DNA from: a virus
Taxonomy: Duplodnaviria > Caudoviricetes
IMG/VR virus record: IMGVR_UViG_3300033121_001789
Coordinates: 1-64,000 of that record
Length of the DNA: 64,000 nucleotides
Direction: 5' to 3' (one strand)
This document shows, piece after piece, positions 1-7,774 of this stretch. Positions within the stretch are counted from its first letter, which is position 1. Every line of letters begins with the position of its first letter. The translations under genes were made by a program, and so were the position numbers. The notes beneath the pieces were generated by a model that saw only the letters and a program-made list of their open reading frames with translations, was not told the origin of the DNA and did not search any database.

Positions 1-99
1 TTACCAAGTGCTGTTACGGATAATGTTGGTATGGAGTTCTATGTAGATTGTGATGGCAGTACTGGCTGGATTAATATCGACTCTATTTCAGTAACATAA
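1..99 (+). CDS. 3' end of a gene running in from the left edge (possible structural protein)
   Basis: Frame 1 is open from base 1 and reads LPSAVTDNVGMEFYVDCDGSTGWINIDSISVT*. Confidence 0.5.
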   Translation, partial: LPSAVTDNVGMEFYVDCDGSTGWINIDSISVT

Positions 100-109
100 A
101 ACTAAAGAA

Positions 110-655
110 ATGATATTCAACTGTGTAGTATGTAAGTGTGAAAAGAAGATTCCTGATTGTTATGTCACAAGATATAAAAATAAGGTATGTTCTAAGAAGT
201 GTAGATTTGAATTAATGAAAACAGACAAGTCTATAAATCCTAATTACAAAGGAGGAGAATGTAAAAAATGCTTAAATTGCAATAAAGATTTTTATGTAAA
301 ACCTTCACATACAGAAAGAAGAAAGTGTTGTAGTAAAGAATGTATTAGTGAATATAAAATTAAGACTGGAGCCTTAAAGGGTAGTAATAATCCACAATGG
401 ATAGATGGAAGAACTAAACTTACAAGAGATGAAAGACATTCTTTGGAATATAGAAACTGGAGAAAAGAAGTGATTGAAAAATGTGGAAAAGTATGTTGTC
501 TTTGTGAATCAACAGAAAATTTACATGTAGACCATATAAAATCATTTAAAGATTATCCAGAACTTAGATATGACGTAGAAAACGGTAGAGTGTTATGCTT
601 TACTTGTCATAAACAGACAGATAATTATGGTAAGAAAAAACAAACAGTAAGCTAA
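110..655 (+). CDS. HNH endonuclease with N-terminal Cys-rich (zinc-binding) repeats
   Basis: CxxC...LHVDHIKSF...NGRVLCFTCH HNH core; CSKKC/CCSKEC repeats; NPQWIDG motif. Confidence 0.9.
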   Translation: MIFNCVVCKCEKKIPDCYVTRYKNKVCSKKCRFELMKTDKSINPNYKGGECKKCLNCNKDFYVKPSHTERRKCCSKECISEYKIKTGALKGSNNPQWIDGRTKLTRDERHSLEYRNWRKEVIEKCGKVCCLCESTENLHVDHIKSFKDYPELRYDVENGRVLCFTCHKQTDNYGKKKQTVS

Positions 656-840
656 TGGCAGCACAAAATGACACAGGAAATTTAACTTATTACATTAATG
701 GTGAACCTATTTATGGAATAAACAATACAACAGTAACTGATACTGGTAAATTGACTTATTATATCAATGGAGAGTTTTTTAAGTATATATTTCCTTCTTC
801 AATTAATGCAATAAACAATAGTTTTTTTATAGTTTTCTGA
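655..840 (+). CDS. hypothetical protein with an internal tandem repeat
   Basis: DTGNLTYYINGEP / DTGKLTYYINGEF. Confidence 0.6.
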   Translation: MAAQNDTGNLTYYINGEPIYGINNTTVTDTGKLTYYINGEFFKYIFPSSINAINNSFFIVF

Positions 841-874
841 GTTTTTTAAATAAAATATTGTATATTGTCTATAT

Positions 875-934
875 ATGACAGCGCACTCACAAGTACAAGA
901 TGACTGGGTAATAGATGAACTTAGAAAACTTTAG
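875..934 (+). pseudogene. possible remnant of the N-terminus of an FkbM-like methyltransferase
   Basis: MTAHSQVQDDWVIDELRKL* resembles the SQxxQD start of FkbM proteins and lies beside a glycosyltransferase. Confidence 0.25.
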
Positions 935-937
935 ATA

Positions 938-965
938 AAACTTACTTATAAAATTTTTATAAAAT
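938..965 (+). promoter_or_regulatory. AAACWT-N16-TAWAWW class promoter
   Basis: AAACTT(938-943)-16 nt-TAAAAT(960-965), ATG 4 nt later. Confidence 0.55.
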
Positions 966-969
966 ATGT

Positions 970-2844
970 ATGGAAAAATTACATATTATAACAAGATGCT
1001 CTCGACCGAACAATATTTTAAAAGTTAAAGACTCAATATTTCAAGAAAATAATATTTTTCAAATAACATGGTATGTTATATTTGATACAAAAATTCTAAA
1101 AGATATTGATGCTAATATATTATTTCAATTAAATAAACCAAATATTGTATTATCATTCAAAGAATCGGAAGACTATGATTATGGACACCAATTTATTAAT
1201 GATACTATTGATACAATAAAAAGTGGTTGGGTATATATACTTGATGACGATAATATTTTACACGAAAATTTTCTTGAAAAAATAAGTCTGTATATCGAAT
1301 CCAATAAAAATAAAAGGGGAATAATTTTCTCACAAAAAGTTGGAGGTAAAGATTTTTCCAAATTGGACATAAGAATATCTCACCCTGACAATGTCAAAGT
1401 CGGGCAAATAGACATAGCACAATTTATCCTACGTAGAGATTTAATTGGGGATAAAAGATTAAATAAATATCAATACACAGCTGATGGACATTTTATCACC
1501 GAAATATTTAATACGAATAAAGAGGATTTTTTATTTGTAGATGACATTTTATGCTATTATAATTATTTTCATAGTAATAAAATGCCAATTTCTCTTCCAA
1601 GGGTTTTATTAATGGGAGAAAATACCGAACTCAAATCGAAAAAAATACTTCTTTATGAAGAAGATCAACTCAATACTATATTTTCAACAGATGAAAATAT
1701 AAACAAAAATATAGTAAATTTTGATCCTGATGCGATAGTAACTATTGGAGATAGTTTTAGTGAATTCAGTAATTTATGTGGTAAGCATGTTGATATAAGA
1801 AAGAGGTGGGTTCATTTACCAAATAAAGAAAATGCTGGAGAAATTGCCTATCAGTGCTCAATGAATTATATTTTAAATAATAAAAATGATAATGATAATC
1901 CATTAGTTAGCTTTTTTACTCCATTTTATAACACAGGTGACAGGCTAAGAATGACATATGAATCAGTAATATCACAAACATATACAAACTGGGAATGGGT
2001 GTTAGTTAATGATTCAACAGATGGTGGTAAAACTTTAAAAATAGCAGAGGAATTAGCCAAAAATGATAGTAGAATTAAGATATATGATTTTAGGCAAAAA
2101 TCCGGTGGTATAATAGGAGAATCAAAATACAGAGCTGCTTCACTATCTAATGGTAAATATCTAATGGAATTGGATCATGATGATATTCTAACAAATGATG
2201 CTGCCGAATTAATGGTTAAGGCATTTAAGGAATTTCCGGATGCAAAATTTGCATTTTCAGACTGCGCAGAAATAGACCAAAATTTTAACTCTCTAACATA
2301 TGGGGATGGCTTCGCCTTTGGATATGGAAAATATAGAGATGAAGTATATCAAGGTGTTAATTATAAAGTTGCAATAACTCAAAATATAAATCCAAAAACA
2401 ATTAGACACATTGTTGGAGTACCAAACCATTTTAGAGCCTGGGAAAGGGAATTCTATCATTCAATTGGTGGTCATAATAGAAGATTAACTATTGCCGATG
2501 ATTATGAATTAATTATAAGAAGTTTTTTAAAAACAAAATTTGTCGGAGTTAGAAAACTTTGCTATCTACAATTATTTCATAATTCAGATAGTTTAAATAA
2601 CACTCAAAATTCTAGCCGAGCTGACATACAAAGAAGAGTCAGAACAATATCCGATTTCTATAATGAAAAAATTAAAAATAGATTTGAAGAATTAGGTGTC
2701 AAAGATTGGGCATATGAAAAAAATCCACATTGTCCAATACTAACTGAATCGAAATTTGGAGATGAAGAAAATGCAGTTAATTATATTTACTATCCAGAAA
2801 ATAAACCATTTGATTTACCCGAAATTGAGCCAATTTTATTGTAA
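970..2844 (+). CDS. glycosyltransferase family 2 with two GT-A domains
   Basis: YILDDDN DxD motif in domain 1; PLVSFFTPFYN, EWVLVNDSTD, LDHDD and ADDYEL in domain 2. Confidence 0.9.
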   Translation: MEKLHIITRCSRPNNILKVKDSIFQENNIFQITWYVIFDTKILKDIDANILFQLNKPNIVLSFKESEDYDYGHQFINDTIDTIKSGWVYILDDDNILHENFLEKISLYIESNKNKRGIIFSQKVGGKDFSKLDIRISHPDNVKVGQIDIAQFILRRDLIGDKRLNKYQYTADGHFITEIFNTNKEDFLFVDDILCYYNYFHSNKMPISLPRVLLMGENTELKSKKILLYEEDQLNTIFSTDENINKNIVNFDPDAIVTIGDSFSEFSNLCGKHVDIRKRWVHLPNKENAGEIAYQCSMNYILNNKNDNDNPLVSFFTPFYNTGDRLRMTYESVISQTYTNWEWVLVNDSTDGGKTLKIAEELAKNDSRIKIYDFRQKSGGIIGESKYRAASLSNGKYLMELDHDDILTNDAAELMVKAFKEFPDAKFAFSDCAEIDQNFNSLTYGDGFAFGYGKYRDEVYQGVNYKVAITQNINPKTIRHIVGVPNHFRAWEREFYHSIGGHNRRLTIADDYELIIRSFLKTKFVGVRKLCYLQLFHNSDSLNNTQNSSRADIQRRVRTISDFYNEKIKNRFEELGVKDWAYEKNPHCPILTESKFGDEENAVNYIYYPENKPFDLPEIEPILL

Positions 2845-2846
2845 CA

Positions 2847-3704
2847 TTAAAAATTTTCTCCATATTTCTCATACATTTTTATCCATTTTCGAATAGCATT
2901 ATCAGAAACATTATAAATTTTACCTGTTCCGACAAATCCATAATTTTTGATTTCTTCCAATAGTTGATTATACGGAGGTCTATTTGATTTTCTTTGCCTT
3001 TTTTGTGAGTTTATCTCCGAAATAGAAAATCCAAAATTTTGTTCCTTTTCTTTTTCGGTATTTATATCTCCTTTCTTTTTTCTATTTTTTAGTAGACCCT
3101 TATAACCTCTACAATGTGTCTCCAAAGAAGCATTACAATTCGGGCACAAAATTCTTAAATTTTCTATTCTATTATCTTTTGATATACCATTTATATGATC
3201 TAATATTAGAGATATTTTTTCACCTCTCCAATTTTCTGTTTGACCACATTTCTCACATATTTTTTGTTTTAAATTGTATTTATATAATTTTTCTTTCAAA
3301 TAATTACTTCCTATTATTGATCCATCAACCAACCAATATGATAATGGCTTTTCAACTTGATTATTATTTCGATTATTTTTCCATGGATCAAAATGTGAAA
3401 AATCTATATTACTTCTTTCGATAAATTTCTTTAAAACCTTATAAGACTTTCCAGATATTGATTTATTTAATTTTCTAAATACCTCAGCAAATGAAAAAGA
3501 ATTTTTCACAACATCATTTATCAAAGTAATATTGTAATATAAACTATCACTATCTACAATTAATCCTAGATTTTTAGCTTTTTTGTGTATAGATCCTCTT
3601 GTATGATTTGGCAACAAAGGTAATACATATTTAATCCCCCTATAATAATTATTGTTAAGTATGTCTATCTCACATTTTAGCCATTTGTTTCTACTTTTAG
3701 TCAT
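2847..3704 (-). CDS. HNH homing endonuclease next to the tRNA cluster
   Basis: CEKCG...LILDHINGISKDNRIENLRILCPNCNA; C-terminal HTH-like VSDNAIRKW. Confidence 0.9.
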   Translation of the reverse strand: MTKSRNKWLKCEIDILNNNYYRGIKYVLPLLPNHTRGSIHKKAKNLGLIVDSDSLYYNITLINDVVKNSFSFAEVFRKLNKSISGKSYKVLKKFIERSNIDFSHFDPWKNNRNNNQVEKPLSYWLVDGSIIGSNYLKEKLYKYNLKQKICEKCGQTENWRGEKISLILDHINGISKDNRIENLRILCPNCNASLETHCRGYKGLLKNRKKKGDINTEKEKEQNFGFSISEINSQKRQRKSNRPPYNQLLEEIKNYGFVGTGKIYNVSDNAIRKWIKMYEKYGENF

Positions 3705-3758
3705 TCATTTCATTTTAATTATATATATTATAATTAAAATGTCAAAAATAGAATACTG

Positions 3759-3829
3759 TAATACTAACGAGAATCGAACTCGTATCTATTGTCTGAGAAA
3801 CAATTATCCTACCATTAGACGATAGTATC
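3759..3829 (-). tRNA. tRNA-Glu(CTC)
   Basis: Acceptor GATACTA/TAGTATT; anticodon arm ATTGT-TTCTCAG-ACAAT; T loop GTTCGATTC; no encoded CCA. Confidence 0.85.
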
Positions 3830-3852
3830 ATATGAATTAATTACATAATTTG

Positions 3853-3923
3853 TAGTCCCGCACGGATTCGAACCGAAATTTAGTCATAGAAAGTGACTCG
3901 TCCTACCCTTAGACGACGGGACC
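3853..3923 (-). tRNA. tRNA-Glu(TTC)
   Basis: Acceptor GGTCCCG/CGGGACT; anticodon arm AGTCA-CTTTCTA-TGACT (pyrimidine at position 37); GGTTCGAATCC. Confidence 0.85.
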
Positions 3924-3930
3924 ATATTTG

Positions 3931-4013
3931 TTGGTAGGGAGGGATTCGAACCCCCGAACTCCGAAGAGAACAGTTTTACAGACTGTCAGCTTTAACCACT
4001 TGCATACCTACCA
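3931..4013 (-). tRNA. tRNA-Tyr(GTA)
   Basis: Acceptor TGGTAGG/CCTACCA; ACAGT-CTGTAAA-ACTGT; type II variable arm CTC-TTCG-GAG; GGTTCGAATCC. Confidence 0.92.
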
Positions 4014-4022
4014 GTGTTGTTG

Positions 4023-4105
4023 TATCGCGTACGGGGATCGAACCCGTTCACATCTTTCGAATCCAGATTGAAAGTCTGGTGCCCTACCTAATAGGCGAAC
4101 GCGAC
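4023..4105 (-). tRNA. tRNA-Glu(TTC) with an atypically long variable loop
   Basis: Acceptor GTCGCGT/ACGCGAT; CCAGA-CTTTCAA-TCTGG; 15-nt variable region; T arm ACGGG-TTCGATC-CCCGT. Confidence 0.8.
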
Positions 4106-4110
4106 ATTTG

Positions 4111-4204
4111 AGGGAGAGGTGAGACTTGAACTCACTTACTGGGAAGTCCACTACGACAATTTGTTAACCAGACCTGTTTTACAGACAGGCGCCGTTACTC
4201 TCCC
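4111..4204 (-). ncRNA. D-armless tRNA-like RNA with GTA (Tyr) anticodon and enlarged variable arm
   Basis: Acceptor GGGAGAG/CTCTCCC; 8 nt in place of the D arm; CCTGT-CTGTAAA-ACAGG; about 37-nt variable region closed by CTGG/CCAG; GTGAG-TTCAAGT-CTCAC. Confidence 0.7.
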
Positions 4205-4220
4205 TTCTTTATTTTTTTTG

Positions 4221-4311
4221 TTGGAGTGGATGGAATCGAACCACCAAACAGGATCCATACGGCTTATTTCACTCTCTGTCAGGGCTTACGTGCCCCTGCC
4301 GATACACTCCA
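4221..4311 (-). ncRNA. second D-armless tRNA-like RNA with an irregular GTA-containing loop
   Basis: Acceptor TGGAGTG/CACTCCA; 6-nt connector; CAGGG-GCACGTAAG-CCCTG; about 34-nt variable region closed by ACAG/CTGT; GGTGG-TTCGATT-CCATC. Confidence 0.65.
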
Positions 4312-4315
4312 ATAT

Positions 4316-4354
4316 AAAAACAAAAAACCCAGTCAATGTTGACTGGGTTTTTTG
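4316..4354 (-). terminator. intrinsic terminator (attenuator) immediately upstream of the Tyr/Glu tRNA array
   Basis: Minus strand CAAAAAACCCAGTCAA-CA-TTGACTGGGTTTTTTG-TTTTT: perfect inverted repeat plus U tract. Confidence 0.9.
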
Positions 4355-4375
4355 CAAAAACTTTATATTCTTAAA

Positions 4376-4392
4376 CAAATAACTTAGCCAAC
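4376..4392 (-). promoter_or_regulatory. putative antiterminator strand overlapping the leader-peptide stop codon
   Basis: GTTGGCTAAGTTATTTG can pair at 14 of 17 positions (one G-U) with the terminator 5' arm CAAAAAACCCAGTCAAC. Confidence 0.7.
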
Positions 4393-4464
4393 TACGAACT
4401 TAGGTTCATACTCATATCCTTCATAAGAAGAAGTAAGAAGTGATATGTTGTTGTTATTAGTCAT
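4384..4464 (-). CDS. putative attenuator leader peptide, 26 aa: MTNNNNISLLTSSYEGYEYEPKFVVG
   Basis: Translated by hand; control run TAT GAA GGA TAT GAG TAT GAA; A-rich start context AAGTTAAATAAA-ATG; stop lies 29 nt before the terminator stem. Confidence 0.75.
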   Translation of the reverse strand: MTNNNNISLLTSSYEGYEYEPKFVVG

Positions 4465-4496
4465 TTTATTTAACTTTTAAAAATTTTTATTTTTTG

Positions 4497-4577
4497 TAGC
4501 GGGAAGAGGATTTGAACCTCTGTCTTTCATTGCTTCGGGTTATGAGCCCGATGACCTTACCACTAGTCCACCCCGCG
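4497..4577 (-). tRNA. initiator tRNA-fMet(CAT) with an extended variable loop
   Basis: C1:U72 mismatch; TCGGG-CTCATAA-CCCGA with three G-C pairs; 13-nt variable region. Confidence 0.85.
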
Positions 4578-4587
4578 ATATTATTTA

Positions 4588-4595
4588 CAAATATA
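4588..4595 (-). promoter_or_regulatory. Bacteroidota-type -7 promoter element for the fMet-leader-tRNA transcript
   Basis: TATATTTG matches TAnnTTTG, 10 nt upstream of tRNA-fMet. Confidence 0.6.
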
Positions 4596-4640
4596 CAAAT
4601 ACTTTTTAAATTTTTAAAATTTTTTAAAAAATATTTTTTG

Positions 4641-4735
4641 TAGCGGGAGATGGATTCGAACCATCGACCTCAAGGTTATTTCTTCCTGATTTAATCAAAA
4701 ACGAGCCTTGCGAGCTGCCTCTGCTCTATCCCGCA
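4641..4735 (-). tRNA. initiator-type tRNA-Met(CAT) interrupted by a 23-nt insertion in the anticodon
   Basis: TGCGGGA/TCCCGCT (1:72 mismatch); CAAGG-CTC[GTTTTTGATTAAATCAGGAAGAA]ATAA-CCTTG; intact D and T arms. Confidence 0.75.
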
Positions 4736-4752
4736 ATATTTCTTTGTATTTC

Positions 4753-4761
4753 TATATATTA
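4753..4761 (-). promoter_or_regulatory. TAATATATA (putative late) promoter upstream of the tRNA cluster
   Basis: Same 9-mer precedes many genes in the window. Confidence 0.5.
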
Positions 4762-4821
4762 AAAAGTTTAACTCTTTTTTAATAAAAATGAAACTTTTTT
4801 ATATTTTTTAATTAAAAAAGT

Positions 4822-5253
4822 ATGAATAATACAAATTTACACTTGTTTGTAATAAATGGGTTATTAGATCATAGAGATACATCAAAAGTAGAAAGACTGT
4901 TTCAAAATATCTTAGATTGGGAAGATATGAAATACTTAGCTTGTTGTCATGAAATAAAAAATGGACAAGAAATATTCATTTGTTGTTTTGCTAAAGAAAA
5001 AATAAATCTTTTAGATAAAGAGTTATCAAAACTAAAGGTAATAATAAAGTCAGAAGATATATCTGAAATAGCTCTAAAATCAAAACATTGTGAAGAATTG
5101 GAATTAGTTATAAAAGATCATCCTGATAACAAAATCATAATTGAAAATTTCATATTAGATAATATAGATTTAGATATAATCCTAGATAAAATTTGCTACC
5201 ATGGGATGGAATCACTAAGTCGAGTCGAAAAAAAATATCTAGAAACTTTATAA
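4822..5253 (+). CDS. hypothetical protein with DUF6576-like C-terminal helix pair
   Basis: DIILDKICYHGMESLSRVEKKYL. Confidence 0.65.
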   Translation: MNNTNLHLFVINGLLDHRDTSKVERLFQNILDWEDMKYLACCHEIKNGQEIFICCFAKEKINLLDKELSKLKVIIKSEDISEIALKSKHCEELELVIKDHPDNKIIIENFILDNIDLDIILDKICYHGMESLSRVEKKYLETL

Positions 5254-5260
5254 ATAGAAT

Positions 5261-5476
5261 ATGAAATATATTCTAAAATATAAAATTTTTGAAAATTCTT
5301 ATAAATTATTTGAGTCCTATGATGATATTAAGTCAGTTCTGAAAGATGTTATGGATGACATCGAAGATGAATTTGGATTTGATTGTCTATATCATAACGG
5401 ATATGGTTGGTCATATCCCTGTGATTTAGCCCTTGTTGTTCCACTCCATCGGGTAATTGGTATTCACACTCACTAA
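5261..5476 (+). CDS. hypothetical protein, possibly frameshifted or truncated
   Basis: Starts MKYILKYKIFE; a protein-like reading continues in another frame to about 5612. Confidence 0.5.
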   Translation: MKYILKYKIFENSYKLFESYDDIKSVLKDVMDDIEDEFGFDCLYHNGYGWSYPCDLALVVPLHRVIGIHTH

Positions 5477-5609
5477 CAAGGTTAAAAATAAAGCCAAGTG
5501 AGTTTAGGAAAAAAATAGAAGAAAAAATTCAAAAATTAGAAAATGCCATAGAAAAAATTGATTATGGTGTTTCTGATGAAGATAATTTAGGAAAAAGACT
5601 ACTTTCAAA

Positions 5610-5954
5610 ATGATAAGGATTATTGAAGATCAACAAGAAGAAATTAAACCAGCAGATATTTCACAAACAGAAAAAGAAATGTTATTAGCAAAGTATGGGT
5701 ATAAAAATACATTACCTGAATCAGATGTACAAAATAGTACATCTAACCTAACATTTGAAGAAATGTGTAGACTTGAAGAAAATAAATTAAAATCTGAACA
5801 ATATGAGAGAAATAAAAAAATGTATGGTCCAAAGCCAATAACATTTGACAATTCAAATTATTACTCAAATGAAAATTATGAGACTAGTGATGGGGTAACT
5901 TTCAAAGTTTCAATAGTAAGTGATATGCCATTACCACCCAATGAAAACTATTAA
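5610..5954 (+). CDS. hypothetical protein
   Basis: ORF track; overlaps the start of the next gene. Confidence 0.7.
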   Translation: MIRIIEDQQEEIKPADISQTEKEMLLAKYGYKNTLPESDVQNSTSNLTFEEMCRLEENKLKSEQYERNKKMYGPKPITFDNSNYYSNENYETSDGVTFKVSIVSDMPLPPNENY

Positions 5955-6159
5955 AAAATATAAAGATTTTAACGAAGGATTGATCTCAAAAGGATTGGAA
6001 ATTTTAAACTATAAAATTGTCAAAGAAAATGACAAAATAGCTAAAAAATATCTTGACATGGTATATGAAGATTATGGAAAGCCTGGTGAAGGAGGCGGTA
6101 ATTTTCCGGAATATATTGAAATTGAAATAATGTCCATAAAAGAGCAATTGATAAAATGA
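5941..6159 (+). CDS. hypothetical protein (start moved to MKTIKKYKDFNE)
   Basis: Shared N-terminal motif begins at the ATG at 5941. Confidence 0.55.
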   Translation: MKTIKKYKDFNEGLISKGLEILNYKIVKENDKIAKKYLDMVYEDYGKPGEGGGNFPEYIEIEIMSIKEQLIK

Positions 6160-6796
6160 TTAGTTTTTTTATTACTGAATATGTTAAAAAATACCCACAA
6201 CTAAAAGGAAAAAAATATTTAAATGCTAACGAAATATTTAAAATAGATAATAATCTATTTCAAAAATCTTTAAAATATCACGACGAAGAAAGGAAAAAAT
6301 CTATTTCTGAATATGAAATGGAGAGAAAAAATATCGAAATGGAAATTGAAAGTAAATATTTATACACAACTGAAGAAATAGAAGAATATATTTATGAACT
6401 AAAAGAATATTTGGAAGAGAATTTTATAATATTGGAAACAAAAATTGAAATGGGTATTATAAAAAATAATCAGGTTTGGTTAAAAAGTAGGCACCTGCAG
6501 CAGGTATGGAGTGGATTCCACAACAAGATCATATACAATATTCTAAAGAGAAATTATTCTACTTTATTGAATTCTCAATAGATAAAAATTCTCTTTCAGA
6601 AAATGAGAATATATCAAAAACTAAATTATCAGAAATATATTCAAAAATAAAAGAATTAATAAATCTGCCAAATGATTTAAAACTATTTAAATATGGGTTA
6701 TCAGAATATTCTGATGATCCTTTTATATCAAGACATTCATTATTTTCCATGTTATTAGATGATTATAATCTAATAATAACTATTGAACAAAATTAA
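6156..6796 (+). pseudogene. hypothetical gene probably split by a frameshift (6156-6581 and 6506-6796)
   Basis: Two same-strand ORFs overlap by 76 nt. Confidence 0.4.
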
Positions 6797-7269
6797 GGCA
6801 AGTGTCGTATATCCTTCTTAGGTGATTTAGTTTTCCCATTATGGCTCCAAAGTCTAGCAAATGGTGTTGTAAAATAATCATTGTAGATTAATGTGTCATC
6901 CAAATGTAAATTTATTCCATTTTCCTTACAATAATTTGCTTTTACCTTATCCCACGCATCACCTTCAAATTTTTTTTGAATCACCCCATCTGGAAACTGA
7001 ACTTCACCAATTATTGGTGTCTTATTTTCTATTAAAAAATCATATACAGAAAATCCATGAGTCCATTTGATTTTTAATTTATCAAGTTGTGCTTCCAATT
7101 CATCATTCCAGCTACCTCCTGTTATTATATGCACCTCACCACCAGCTTTAATTATAGCATTACTTAGGAAAGAAAATGATTCTGGTAAAGCATCTATAAC
7201 ACCATGAACATCCAATCCAATTTTAAATTTTGAATCTGTTGTCGTTATATTTGAAAATTTATTTATCAT
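6793..7269 (-). CDS. HAD-superfamily hydrolase-like protein
   Basis: IGLDVHGVID motif I-like; IITG; K...LHLDD motif IV. Confidence 0.65.
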   Translation of the reverse strand: MINKFSNITTTDSKFKIGLDVHGVIDALPESFSFLSNAIIKAGGEVHIITGGSWNDELEAQLDKLKIKWTHGFSVYDFLIENKTPIIGEVQFPDGVIQKKFEGDAWDKVKANYCKENGINLHLDDTLIYNDYFTTPFARLWSHNGKTKSPKKDIRHLP

Positions 7270-7276
7270 ATTCTAT

Positions 7277-7750
7277 TTATTCATATTCGGAAGAAATATT
7301 AAGTATTTCTAACTTCATTAATCCAGAAGGAACATTTACTTCAACGATATCTCCCCTTTTCTTACCCAAGAGAGCTGCTCCGATAGGCGAATTAAATGAA
7401 ATTTTTCCAGATTTTATATCAATTTCATTTTCTGGAACAAGAGTCCACACTATTTTCTTATTTATATTGTGATTTTTAATATGTACTGTTGATAGCATAT
7501 TAACTTTTGATGTATCTCGATTGTTTGTTATTACTTCACACAATTTAATTTTCTCTTGTAATAAAGATATTTTTGACATCAAATTATCGTGATATTCCTT
7601 TGCGGATTCATATTCAGCATTTTCTGAAATATCTCCCTTATCTCTGGCCTCACTTAACATATCAATGGCATTTTTGCTTTCCACAGTCATTAAACGAATT
7701 AATTCTTCATTCATTTTCTGAAGTCCTTGCCTCGTAACGTATATTTTCAT
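7277..7750 (-). CDS. greA: transcription elongation factor GreA
   Basis: YVTRQGLQKM...EARDKGDISENAEY; ISFNSPIGAALLGK..GD.VEV.VPSG. Confidence 0.95.
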   Translation of the reverse strand: MKIYVTRQGLQKMNEELIRLMTVESKNAIDMLSEARDKGDISENAEYESAKEYHDNLMSKISLLQEKIKLCEVITNNRDTSKVNMLSTVHIKNHNINKKIVWTLVPENEIDIKSGKISFNSPIGAALLGKKRGDIVEVNVPSGLMKLEILNISSEYE

Positions 7751-7774
7751 TTAAAATTTTTACTATTTTATTAT

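Noticed and set aside
4111-4311. tmRNA interpretation of the D-armless elements
   Set aside because: Each is a closed unit of about 90 nt with an anticodon-like arm, no G3-U70 alanine identity and no tag reading frame.
4119-4382. 87-aa plus-strand ORF in the ORF track
   Set aside because: It is the antisense of the tRNA-like genes and the terminator.
4600-4640. A/T-only inverted repeats between the two Met tRNAs
   Set aside because: Low complexity, expected by chance at this base composition.
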